Assembly: GCF_006345805.1 (NCBI RefSeq) | Contig: NC_043011.1 | Coordinates: 38,266,464 to 38,330,463, forward strand | Length of the DNA stretch: 64,000 nt | Direction of reading: 5' to 3' | From: Octopus sinensis | Taxonomy: Eukaryota | Shown here: positions 41,106 through 53,390 of the stretch, piece by piece | Layout of the letters: each line of letters opens with the position of its first letter | Position numbering within the stretch: position 1 is the stretch's first letter | Notes under the pieces: model-generated | What the model was told of the DNA's origin: nothing | Database searches by the model: none | What the model saw: the letters and a program-made list of their open reading frames with translations, nothing else | Translations under genes and position numbers: made by a program

Positions 41106-41756
41106 TATGTATGTATGTATGTATGTATGTATGTATGTATGTATGTATGTATGTATGTATGTGTGTATGTATGTATGTGTGTGTGTTTGTGTGTGTGTAT
41201 GTATAAATTAAAAATCATATAACTACACAAATAAACGGAAAATAGAGACCAAAGGTAATCGAATTCTCATCATTTATCGACCAAAGGATCAACGTAATTT
41301 CGTGCCTTTAAACGATAATGTTAATCCCTTCTACGGCCCGGCAGCGGGAAGCCGCCGGGAAATGTCGAGCTAGCGAACAAGGGATCAAACATGACAGAAA
41401 TGTAAGAAGCAAACAAGGAATAAACAAATATGCAATACAGATAGTGAACATACAAACGTGAAATAAATGTAATTCAAGACCTGACAGGGACAAAGATGAA
41501 AACAAAGACGACTAAATGTGGAAATACGAACAAAAGGAAACAAATGAGGGCCAGAGAGGCGATGGAGATATCGCTAAACCAGGAGGCAAAACCAGTGGTA
41601 GAAGATAGGGAGCGACATACAGAGCAAACAGGGGAGAGGAGAGAAGGGAAAAAGGCAGAAGCAGTTAGCAGCACAGAGAGGAAAGAAAGTGAGTGATAGA
41701 GTGAGAATGGAAGAGAAAGCACAGAAACGGACGTCGTACCAAAATATAAATATATA

Positions 41757-41990
41757 TATTTCTTTACTACCCGCAAGGGGCTAAACACAGAAGGGACAAA
41801 CAAGGACAGACAAACGGATTTAGTCGATTACATCAACCCCAGTGCGTAACTGGTACTTAATTTATCGACCCCGAAAGGATGAAAGGCAAAGTCGACTTCG
41901 GGGGAATTTGAACTCAGAACATAACGGCAGACGAAATACGGCTAGGCATATCGCCCGGCGTGCTAACGTTTCTGCCAGCTCGCCACCTTA
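41757..41990 (-). mobile_element. SINE family B, full length
   Basis: Reverse complement reads GGTGGCGAGCTGGCAGAAACGTTAGC...GGTAGTAAAGAAA. Confidence 0.92.
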
Positions 41991-42001
41991 TATAAATATA
42001 T

Positions 42002-42370
42002 AGGCGTAGGAGTGGCTGTGTGGTAAGTAATTTGCTTACCAACCATATGGTTCCACTGAGTGACACATTGGTCAAGAGTCTTCCATAATAGCCTCGGACT
42101 GACCAAAGACTTGTGAGTGGATTTGGTAGATGGAAACTCAAAGAAGCATGTCGAATATATGCATATGTATATATACATGTGTGTGTGTTTGTGTGTCTGT
42201 GTTTGTCCTCCTAACATCGCTTGACAACTGATTACATCCCTGTATCTAAGCGGTTCGGCAAAACAGACCGATAGAATAAATACTAGGCTTACAAAGAATA
42301 AGTCCTGGGGTCGATTTGCTCGACTAAAGGCGGTGCACCAGCATGGCCACAGTCACATGACTGAAACAAT
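42002..42370 (+). mobile_element. SINE family A
   Basis: Full-length match, lying head-to-head with family B at 41757-41990. Confidence 0.9.
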
Positions 42371-42384
42371 GGCTGAAACATGAC

Positions 42385-42920
42385 TGAGGCTCAGGCGGGG
42401 GTCGGGTGAACCCCGCTGTACTCTTTCACCACAGCTTTCTCTCATCCTTTCTTCATACTTCTGCCACAAAGCAGAGGAACCATGGTGTAACTCACTATGG
42501 TGTGGTAAACTTTCAGACCCTAGTCTAAACTGCGAATCCTCTGTACCCCAGGATGGTTCAGCTCTCCACCCGTTAAAATAAATCGTTTACGGAATGAGGA
42601 TAGCAACGTAGCTTTCGTGCCCGTGCAACCGCCAGTCTATCGCGCTTGGTGGGTGAATCTCCAAGTAGCCACATGCATTCTTAGTAGGTTAGAGTAGACT
42701 CGAATTAGAGATTATTCTTTGTGGCTACTGGCATGAGTCCTGACTGGAAGAAGAAGAAGAAGAAGAAGAAGAAGAAGAAGAAGAAGAGAAGAAGGAGAAG
42801 AAGAAGAAGAAGAAGAAGAAGAAGGAGAAGAAGAAGAAGAAGAAGAAGAAGAAGAAGAAGAAGAAGAAGAAGAAGAAGAAGAAGAAGAAGAAGAAGAGAA
42901 GAAGAAGAAGAAGAAGAAGA
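42385..42920 (+). mobile_element. SINE-like element ending in a long (GAA)n tract
   Basis: Shares CACAGCTTTCTCTCA with family C. (GAA)n spans 42748-42920. Confidence 0.5.
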
Positions 42921-44576
42921 CGATAACAATAACAACAGCTGTAACGCATCGGAAAAACAACCACTTGCTTCCATACATCTGTCTCCAGTTCAGATATATT
43001 ATTGTTCCGAATCTCTTTCAACCATCTACGGTTTCTTTCAAACGTTTAATCTATAAAAATTCAGACCGAATATCAATGTCACTTTAATTTATCTCAGCAT
43101 ATCTAACAACTTTTCCAAGAAATATACAGCATCAATGTAGGAGCCTTGTGTAGAAATCAATGTAGAAGGCTTCCATTTGTTGAATATTAAGACCGATTGT
43201 GCTGTCACCTTGATCAGTTCACCTATTTATGTTGAAGCTTCTCGTTAATCTAACGGTATTGTATAACACAGCAAGACTCGGGAAAAATTCAAGGGCAAGC
43301 TACATAAGACAAACAGAATCGAAGATGGGTGCAAAAATACTTGCGAAAATGCGATGTAATAAACCGGGAAATTCTAGTTAATTAAATTTACACCCTTGGT
43401 GTGGAGAAAATTCGTTAAGTTAATTATTGGTTAATCATTTAACTGATAATCCTTTCACACGACAAGATTGATCGCTTCTTTTCGCTGTATGCAAAGCCCG
43501 TGTTTTTCTTCGTGGGTTTCTAGCAGTTGTTTCGAGAAAGTATTTATCAAATGATCATGCTTTTGGCATTTCGTTATATGTAGATAGAAGCGTGTGGCAT
43601 AGTTGTTACAGGGATGGATTTTCTCATGAGCATAAGATCGCAGGTTCAATTTCTGAACAATGCAGAGCATTCACCAATCAGTGTTGACCTGGGGTCAAAT
43701 AAAGACAACACCCTTTAAGATGACATATATATATCCCCTACTTTTAGTTAGTTAAAAATGGTCAAATTGACACAGGAGACAGAGAAAAAAGAGAGAGAAA
43801 TAGCTGTGGCAAAACCGAAAATCTATGCAACAAATGTCAGCAATAGAAATAGAATACGGTTATAATATTCATGATGATGACACTTATAACTATGATGATG
43901 ATAAGACGATAACAACAATGATGGGCATATTTTTCATGTATCACTGCCATACTCTATCTGGGGAAATTGTGATTGAATTGTCTTCCATACTTTTCGCTTT
44001 CATTGTAATGTCCATAAAGTGTCAGTGCCAAAGAAAGTCATGCAATTCTTTGACAATTTCCATTCTCGACATAGCTGATTAGGTTGCCAGTCACTCAAAT
44101 TGTAAATGAATACATGCATTCATATATGCAAAGTATGAACACTGAAATGTAATGTATATATTGCGCGCATAATTTTTCAAGAGGCATGAGAAAGAAAGCA
44201 AAAATCAAGAATATAACATGACATATATCATGTCATTGAAGTGGATCAGAAAGAAGATATGTCAAGAGATTTTTGGCTTCACAATATTCTAAAAGTATTG
44301 GCTAATGTTTCCATGCAAAGAAAAATTTATTGAATGTGTTGAAAAGCATTTTCAAGTTTCGATAGAGGAACGAAAGAAGTATATCTGTTTGCAGTAAGAG
44401 GCGAAGTATTGAGTTACCGAAAAATAATCTAGTTAGCATAAGGCTGTGGTCAGTGCGATGAATTGACTGTTTTGTTAGAGTAGCATGGGAAAGATAGAAT
44501 TGCGATGACAAATACAGATCATACAAATAGAAAAAGACGTTCTATTTGTATTCCTTCTCATTTTAATATCTTAATA

Positions 44577-44990
44577 CTCAGGGCTGCGCCACTCCTGAAG
44601 CAGAACACCCTCCCTGAATTCCGCCTACAGCTGTCTGTCTCTGGCCAGTTGTGGCCATGTAGGCCCCAGGTAGCGGGTGAAATCATCTCGCCAATTTTGT
44701 GTGGTCAGCCTCTTGAGCGTGTCTATTGTCTTGATGTCTAGTCCGTCACCCTGATTGTCCATCTGTTGTCCTTCAGTCGCGCGATGTGACAAGCCCATCT
44801 ATATTTGTCCCCCTTTTGATGTCGTTGGCATCATATGGACATCGTATATTAATAACGGTGGTAACGACATCTATAGTTCTTGCAGTATGCGAATGCCTGC
44901 GCTATGATTTCATTTCCATCCGGAGCCATCCATTTCAACCTCTGATAAAGAACCAAGAAAGAATATTTAGTTGCCGTAAGATGGGAACAT
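44577..44990 (-). pseudogene. RTE-clade LINE ORF, C-terminal fragment
   Basis: Minus strand gives KYRWACHIARLKDNRWTIRVTD*, then SRG*P and WRDDFTRYLGPTWPQLARDRQL*. This matches the typical RTE C-terminus (RWAGHIAR..D.RW...RGRP..RW.DD). Confidence 0.8.
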
Positions 44991-45237
44991 AAATTTACAG
45001 GAAAAATACTCCAGTAAGTAAGGCTCAAATCTGTGTAAATGGACAAACTGTTAGTCTTTTTAGAGATGTCGAATTGTCTCACGTGATATTTGTTGCAAAT
45101 CCCTGAGCTATGATTTTAATTCCTTCTGAGACCAAATTAGCTTTTCAACTATTCGATGTCTATAAAAAATGCCAATCTATGGTTGTACATTGATGGAACT
45201 GTCAGATTTTGAGTTCCGTCTCTCTTTTGTTCCTGAT

Positions 45238-46322
45238 TGAAAGATCTGCGCTGGAACTGATCCCAGAATTTATTATCCTCGTCTTTCCTTTGGTGATCAT
45301 TGGTGATATGAATAAAGGAAATTGGCATATATCATCAATTACTAATTTTTGACAAGAAATACTATTCCTCGATCTCTAAGAGGAACTAGAATTCCATAGA
45401 AAGTTATGGTTAATGATGATATGCGGAAGCCCTATATATACGGTCACTGTTAAGCTGAAAGCTTTTACCCAAGCATAAGTTGGTGCGTCTGCACTCCAAT
45501 CATCAAAAGATGCATCAGGGATTATGTTGACTTACTCACTGAGAAGCGATCTATGCGGTCATTCGTGTTTTAGAAATATCAACCAAGTTCCATTGAATCT
45601 GTTTTGCACCCGCTCAGAATAGCAAGGTCACCTTGGAAGATATCGTTTAATATATGTTTCGCCTGAAAATAAATTAAAGAAATGATGGAATGATGATTGT
45701 TAAATGACTTTGACCAAAATCTTCCTGGATTAGCATTTACTGAGGATTTAAATAGCAAAAACACCGACAAGTGGTCACTGTACAATTAGATATTTTGGAA
45801 CCTTGTATTCAGTTTGAAGGTTGAGGAGCAATTAGTCTTACTTGCAACATTCTTATTAATATGAGCTAAAATTATTTGTTTTCTTTTTATATCAATGACT
45901 GAAAGATATAATTTGGAAAGATATACGTAGGTATTTTATATGTGAGCTAGAAATCTCAAAAAGTATTTATAAAATTACCCGAATATACAAGAATCTTTAT
46001 TAAAAAGCCAATCAATGATCACGGAATGGAAACAATAATCTTGTTATTTAATCCTTGAATGTTCAGGCCAGTAATTAATATCTAGCAGAAAAGTTTAAAC
46101 TCCACTCGGATAAAGTAATTGTCTTCACAGTGGTGCAACATTAACTCATGAGCACCCAGCGGGGAGCCCTAAAATAAACATACAATAACAGTATGTAACA
46201 ATTCGAACTCACGTCAAAGAAACTACTACCAACACCCTTCCATGAGGAATAACTGAAGCAATGATCACCAAAGAAAGACGAGGATAATAAATTCTGGGAT
46301 CAGGGCCGGCGCAGATCTTTCA
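45238..46322. repeat. ~65 bp inverted repeats about 1 kb apart
   Basis: 45238-45302 is the near reverse complement of 46259-46322. Confidence 0.85.
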
Positions 46323-46390
46323 TTATACTTTATTTTGGCACTACGGCCTTAACACAGAGGGGACAACACCAGGACAGACAGAATACTACT

Positions 46391-47418
46391 GCTGCCACTG
46401 CATAAAACTCTCTGAGAGATTTAGAAATATATTATTTCTATTTTTAATACATGGGTTGTTCAGATGGCGACATAAAACATAGAACGAATAAATGAAGGAT
46501 GGATTATAATAATGGAGGTGAAATGGCTGCATGCTCCCCAATCGCAAGCAGTATCATTTTAAATCTTTTAGTTAAATATTTTTATATCTTTTTTCTCTTT
46601 TTTCCTTTTTTATATCAGTTTTATAGTCATTAAATTCCAAACATCACGCTAATTTAGCGGCATTTCATCTGCCTTTATGTTCTGAGTTCATACGCTGCTG
46701 GGGTTAACTTTGTCTTTCGTCCTTTCGATGTCGATGCAATAAATAACAGTTGAGCACTAGGGTCGATGTAACGGACTACATCCCTTCCCCCAAAACTTCA
46801 GGCAATAAACCTATAGAACAAAGATTAATTTTTTTCATATAATAATCGGTTGGTCATTATTTGACTGAATATATCATTAATAACTGGAAATTAAAGCATT
46901 AAATATTTTACTTATATCTACTTTGCAAGTGTATATGTTTGTCATCTGTTCAGGTCCTCTGTAGAAAACCAGATTGTTAAAATGCTTCAAATAAAGATGA
47001 TAAAAGCTATAATAGAAACTAATTATATAGTTTAGTGGACCGAGTTCGGTTAGAGAAACTCATCAAGGATCAACAATACATGGGTTAAGGTGATAACATG
47101 TTGTCAAGTTAATGTGACAGTCACATAAAAGGGAAGAATGCTACTGTTATTTAGCCCTAGGATACACTGTTTCCTGTTGGACTTGACACATTTCCTGAGT
47201 CCTTATGTTTTCAAAGTGGAGACAAGGACACAGGAAATGCGTCAAGTCCAACAGGAAGCAGTCTTTCCTCGGGCTAAATAACAGTAGCATTCCTCCCTTT
47301 TATGGGACTTTCACATTAAGTTGATAACATGCTATCACTTTATCGTGCTGCCACTGCATAAATCTCTCTGAGAGATTTAGAAATATATTATTTCTATTTT
47401 CAATACATGGGTTGTTCA
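46391..47418 (+). repeat. ~72 bp direct repeats (46391-46462 and 47347-47418)
   Basis: GCTGCCACTGCATAAA..CTCTGAGAGATTTAGAAATATATTATTTCTATTTT.AATACATGGGTTGTTCA occurs twice. Confidence 0.9.
47088..47340. mobile_element. Foldback MITE with TA target duplication (Tc1/mariner-type)
   Basis: TA|AGGTGATAACATG...CATGCTATCACTT|TA. Arms of ~115 bp are near-complementary around a ~19 nt loop. Confidence 0.85.
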
Positions 47419-47544
47419 CAAATCGAAAATATGGTCTAAATATTTGCAATGAAGAAAGAAATCCTTCAAAATAACCAAAGGAAATCCGTTTGTATTATAG
47501 TGGTTATGTGTTGAGTCTATCTTACAAGAATAGTTCATTCCTGG

Positions 47545-47870
47545 ATACCAGTTGGAATTGAACTTTGGTAATCACGTATTCACGTGATCAACTATTGAAT
47601 GTTGTTATACATCACTGGTCACAATGCGTTTTGCATCGTTTCCTCTTTCGAATGGCACCACCCCACTGGCTTGGCGAACAGGCTACATTCCCCCTTATCT
47701 AAAGACTAGTCCGTCGCAGGTTTACCAATTTATATATGAGTGGCCTGGAGAAACGTGAAATGTAGAATTTTGTTCAAGAACACAAAGTGCAGCCGATCTA
47801 GGAATTGAACCAACGATCTCCCGATCCTGAGTGCAATACTCCTGACCGGCAGACTTTGCGTCTTCACAAC
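47545..47870 (-). mobile_element. SINE family D, diverged
   Basis: Head with GTTGGTTCAATTCC B-box; tail similar to the 31315 copy. Confidence 0.65.
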
Positions 47871-49278
47871 TTCATCAATATTGTTGGGAAAATGTGTTGT
47901 GTTCTTTATGTTGCGCCATCACTGTAAAAATATAAGGATCACATTGTAGAATATTAGATTTGAATATAAGAGGAGAGGTTCTTGATTTGATTGTATTAGA
48001 CACCTTCCTTTATTCAGAGATCACTTGTGGTTATACAACAGCAATGATATTGCGCCAACGAGGAAACCTCTACATGTTCGTAGTAATATGCTAAAGTAAA
48101 TGTCATGGAAACCTCATGTCACAAGTCACAATATTTACAAAATAACATAGGCCACATTATTTGATTACTTGCCATAAACGATGAATGTAAATGAAGATGG
48201 GATGGTCACGGCTGGAATGACCATTGACTTTGATCATTACTCATCGTAATGATGTTTCTGCGTGTGCTAAACAACACGAAACAGCATCACTTATTCGTTA
48301 TTTCTATATTTCACAAATTGAAAGCAATGATATTTATGTAAGTAGGCATTAAGCCATACGTCAGTTTCTAATTACCTGAGAAGTATGAAGGAATATGTGG
48401 CATTCAATGTTACTAACCATTTTCTGTTTATTTTATCTCCTCCTCTTCCTCCTCCTCCTCCTCCTTAGTACTTTTTATGACTTTCTTTCACTTAACACAC
48501 ACGCGAGAAATATCGGAAACATACGAGTCAGTTATGATTTAAGTCGCTACGTGTTATGAATGCTATGGAAACGAAAACGTTTTAGATTATGGCGAATAGG
48601 CATTTACTTCACACAAACACACACACACAGGCAAGCGTGCTCATACAAACGCATTCATTCACTGAGAAACACACATACACTAATAATAATATATTGAATT
48701 CTTTACAGGTGTTTATATATGGCTGTCTTTACAATCGGAAGCAGCTGATTTGAACAGACACAAGCAAATGCAATAAGAATGTAGCAATACGATACAACCA
48801 ATTCCATTTTATCATGATGGCTAAGAGCCCTTGTCCATTGTTTAAATAACATAAAGTAAAGTACAGTAGTAGCATACACTTGTAAAGCTGTTTGTAAATT
48901 CATTCAGCTAGTTATATCTAATATAACATTATTATAAATTATTACTAAATTCAATGTTAATATTTTTGCTGAGAGTTGAAATATTGTCGGATCAATTTCT
49001 ACCTTGTATTCTACATCTATTCATTCTATTAGTTTTCCTTGTTTTATTAATACTTAGAAATATGGAAGGTAACGTAGTTTACAAATGCAGGAAATTTTTA
49101 CTTTAAAACACTGAGATTAAGTAGCTGAAATATAAAGACATAAAACAAACGGAGTCCTATTTCCATTTATCTTTTCATTTCTTTTATTCTAAGAATATTT
49201 CCAAGATTTAGTTTCTGCTGTTATTGCGAATGACTTTGTGCTGTTGTTGTTGTTCTTCTTCTTCTTCTTTTTCTTCTT

Positions 49279-49364
<86 letters not shown>

Positions 49365-49593
49365 CATTATTATTATTATTATTTTTATTATTCCTCTTCT
49401 TCGTCTTCGATTTCTTCTTCTCGTTCACCTTCGTCTTCTTTTTCACTTTCTCACCTTCTTCTTCCACTCCTTCCTCTTCTTCACTTTCTTCTTCACCTTC
49501 TTTGCCTTCTTCTTCTTCTTCTTCTCTTCTTCTTCTTCTCTTCTTCTTCTTCTTCTTCTTCTTCTTTTCTTCTTCTTCTTCTTCTTCTTCCTG

Positions 49594-50264
49594 ACCATAA
49601 TGGCGTTTGAGATAATACTTTTTAAGTACAGCAACATTAGCACCACCACATTTAAGACACACGGGTTTGCCATCAATGTCCGTAAACATGTACTTGGTCT
49701 CCCACCAGATTTGAAAGGCTCTGTTTTCGGCATCAACTTCTCTGTTGGCCATTGATACAGATAGCTACTACTACTACTACTACTACTAAATGACGTCACG
49801 TGAATATGATCACCCAGAAGAGCGATAAGGTGGTTGTTGCGGTGCATTATGTTATTATTAGATTTTGCGTCATCAGCGCTTCACAGCAGGCGTTTAGAGG
49901 ATCGAAGGAGACGTTTGCCAACATGCTTTGTTACAGTTACAATTAAGACTTGCGGCTGTGTTATCATGTTGTTGTTTTTTGTATAGACAAGGGATAATAG
50001 TTATAGTGGTCTTACTTCTAGTGGTATCTTAAATTACTGCTACTTTTGGTGACACGCTTAGTAAGAAAGATAGTGCTATATATAAAATTAATGACGACCT
50101 GCGTTAGGTACCCACTATGTATGTGTAGTTCTAACAAGAAGACATGGATGCTGTAAAGTACTTTATTTGCTGATGCGGCCATTTAGTCCAAATTCATGCT
50201 GATATCAAAATGGCCCCGCGGGCTGGATGAAATTGCTGCACGGGCCGGGAGTTTGGCATGTCTG
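49594..50264 (-). mobile_element. hAT (Charlie/SPIN-like) transposon, 5' end with transposase N-terminus
   Basis: Terminus CAGACATGCCAAACTCCCGGCCCG...GCCCGCGGGGCC. ORF 49752 gives MANREVDAENRAFQIWWETKYMFTDIDGKPVCLKCGGANVAVLKKYYLKRHY, a BED-type Zn finger of the SPIN/GTF2IRD2 type. Truncated by a (GAA)n array. Confidence 0.88.
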
Positions 50265-50517
50265 AAATATGGCAACTTTCGTGCCCACTAATGCTATTAG
50301 GAATGCTATATTTGTGTGAATAACACATGAGAATAACATTCTAATAACAATGTATGAGAGCTTGGCAGCTGGGCAATACACAACGGCATATTTTAGTTTC
50401 TGATTTCGTTTGGAGTCGGTCACTTCTAGATTTTGCAGAAATTGTTCTTCCTTCTGTTACTATAACACAGGTAGCTGAAATACCTAGTAGTTTGCAGTGT
50501 ATGTGAAATACATACCT

Positions 50518-50745
50518 ATTTCTTTACTACCCACAAGGGGCTAAACACAGAGAGGACAAACAAGGACAGACAAACAGATTAAGTCAATTATATCGACCCC
50601 AGTGCGTAACTGGTACTTATTTAATCGACCCCGAAAGGATGAAAGGCAAAGTCGACCTCGACGGAATTTGAACTCAGAACGTAGCGGCAGACGAAATACT
50701 GCTAAGCATTTCGCCCGGCGTGCTTAATGTTTCTGCCAGCTCACA
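50518..50745 (-). mobile_element. SINE family B, full length
   Basis: Near-consensus copy. Confidence 0.92.
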
Positions 50746-51049
50746 GTCTTTTGTGTGAAATACACACCTTAGACAATAGAATCAGTTCACAGCTTAGCTT
50801 AACAAATTGATTAGACTGAAAACAAGGGTATTTAACTAACAGTCCGGGTAGGCAACTCTTTTAGGGTATTTAATTATTTGAACTGAATACTGCAGATTAA
50901 TTTATGAGTCTGAGAGTCTAGTTACTGAAAAGAGCCTGAATATGGAGCTGAGACAGAATTTAAGTAAGTTCCGAAAGTTTGTTTTGGTCAAGAATAAAAA
51001 TTAATGAATATAACCAAGCAGATAGTTTAGAATTTTAGACGTTATTTCA

Positions 51050-51560
51050 AATAATGCCCCATACGTTGAAGTTTCAAAGATGTCGTTGTGGTTAGAGAGA
51101 CAGTAAATGCGACAATGGTACGGTCGGTTAAGAATGGAGTTATGTCGTAATATGAGTGAGAGTCAAATGACCTGTAACAGAGTGACCTGGCAACAGAAAT
51201 GTTTCGCTTGTCGATGGAAAAGAGGATTAATGTCAACATGACCAACGAACAAGTTCGTAAATAAGGGTGGTCGATCGTAGATCGAATGGCTGTCCAAGTC
51301 ATATGTTGATTTATATGACCAGAAAATGAGAAGCTGTTGAGAGCGACAGCGTTGTTAACAAGGTAGAAGTGGTTGGAGGCAATAGTCTTTAAAATAACTG
51401 CGGAAAAGAGAATACTCGAGAGCAGAGAGACTGTGATTATGAGAGCTGATAGCGTTGAAATATTTGTTATCCAATGTCAATAGAAGTCATGAGAAGAAAT
51501 AAGAGGAAATATTTTTTTTATTAAGAACATTTATGGTAGCGTTAATCAATGTTTCACCGT
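51050..51560 (-). pseudogene. Highly degenerate Penelope-like RT relic
   Basis: Across frameshifts: MTSIDI, ISSHNHSLSALEYSL, PPT, LNSFSFSG and TNLFVGHVD, in the order expected for PLE RT (SLDI, NIPH, LNxFxF, ANLFVG). Confidence 0.55.
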
Positions 51561-52563
51561 TCAACAACTGGGGGATAATCGTTTCAGCGAAACAATACAA
51601 ACGTTGTTGAATAAAGCGACATTTAAAATTCATTGGACATTGGAGAACTCTGCTTCAAGAACACCCTGTATTTATTTTAAAGTTTCTACATTGTCACCTT
51701 AGCTAAGGTGAATACACTTTGGTCACTTTAACAGAGGTTATCTTATGGATGTGGATTTGATGCAAATTTGACCCTCTGTGTTCATTATAAAATATTTGCA
51801 TTATGTTCATGACGGACTTAGATATTGTGAGTTTGATAACCTTAGCCAAGGTGACCCAACTGTTATAGATAAATGGATACAAATGTGATTCATTGAGAGC
51901 ATGTATCACGAGCCCCATAGATCAAGAATGTTGTAACAGATGCTAGTGTGATATATATCATGTAATGCATGCGTAAACTCCATAGAAGAACAAAACTTAT
52001 TGAGCTTCCAGAGTCGATATTTATAATGGATTAGAGCCAAAAATTACTGATGCTTATCACCTAAATCCAAATTCTGTGCATTTATTAAAGTAGAACGTTC
52101 TGCTTTTGGAAAGGAATGAAAATTGTGAAACACAAAAAGAACCATTTTGTATGAGTATGTAGTTTTGAAAAGAAAAGTTTGGAACGCGCATAGTAAATTA
52201 TTGTTAGTCGACTTCTTATCAGTGAAAAGAAACGTATTAACACTACAAGACAACACAAAAGAACCATCCTGTTTTTAATTAAACTGAAAAAATGTTAATT
52301 ATAGATAAAACTGGTAGCTTGGTCACCATAGTTTGCAAGAAATTTCTGAATATTTGTCTGTCACTTAGCACATTCGTGGAAATCATCAATATTATCATCA
52401 GTTTCTCATTTCAATGATGGAAACGGTTAACGTTCAAATACGAGGCTCTCGTATACTAGTTAAACTAGTAATGGACAGCGCTATGTACAAACTACAGATT
52501 TGTTACAAATGACGCATTAAAACAATTTCATTTTGTCTGACGTTGAAAATGTCAGTGAGGTAA

Positions 52564-52961
52564 TCTTTATATATAAAAGTGAAGTTGTGTGTCTGTCTCC
52601 TACGATTTAGATTCCTAACTACTCCCACATTTTGCGGTGCAGTTTAACCAAAACCGGGTTACTTATAGTCGTGATTCATATCGAGCCCCTCTGGGTATTA
52701 GCGCGAGTCTACGATGAGTCTACGATAAATAAAAAAATTACCATCATGTTTTTCCATTTTAATGCATTATTGCGCTATTATATAAGGGAAGTAACTCTCT
52801 AAAAATGTCTACAATGAGTGAACGATTTAAAAAATATATTTACCATCACTTTTTTTCCATTTTTAATGCATTTTTTTGCTATTTTTTGGCTATAACTCTC
52901 TAAAAATGCTTATATAGTTATTTCCCTTCCAAACCCGAGCAACGCAGGGCGATACTGCTAG
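52564..52961 (+). mobile_element. Non-autonomous Helitron
   Basis: A|TCTTTATATATAAAAG start, subterminal hairpin CCCGAGCAACGCAGGG, and CTAG|T end. Contains an internal ~80 bp duplication. Confidence 0.88.
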
Positions 52962-53267
52962 TTGATTATAAAACCAACAGCACATTGAAAAAAAATATAG
53001 ATCTGTCATATTCTGAATATCAGAAAAGCACCATTCATAGTTTCCCACGAAAATTATAATTAGACGCGGCATATTAGAATGCTATTACGTCTGGTACCAT
53101 TGCAACTGGCCGTAACCCATCCGTTGTTACTGCATGCAGACCAGTGAGAAATTCATGCATTTTTTGTGATTAGAAATTAAGTATTCATCACAGATTGATT
53201 TTTCCATCCTTAACCAACGCCAAGCATTGACCCCTATATTGCCTTTCCCTTGGATGATGGATTTTAT

Positions 53268-53294
53268 ACATACATACATACATACATACATACA

Positions 53295-53354
<60 letters not shown>

Positions 53355-53390
53355 TGTATGTATGTATGTATGTTTGTATGTATGTATGTA
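53268..53390. repeat. (CATA)n-(TATG)n self-complementary microsatellite
   Basis: Directly visible. Confidence 0.9.

Noticed and set aside
41496-41696. REAMEI motif resembling a GIY-YIG C-terminus
   Set aside because: Only one short motif in purine-rich low-complexity sequence; no upstream GIY or YIG motifs.
45535-45665. Minus-strand segment with good acceptor and donor
   Set aside because: All three frames contain stops; a non-coding exon cannot be excluded.
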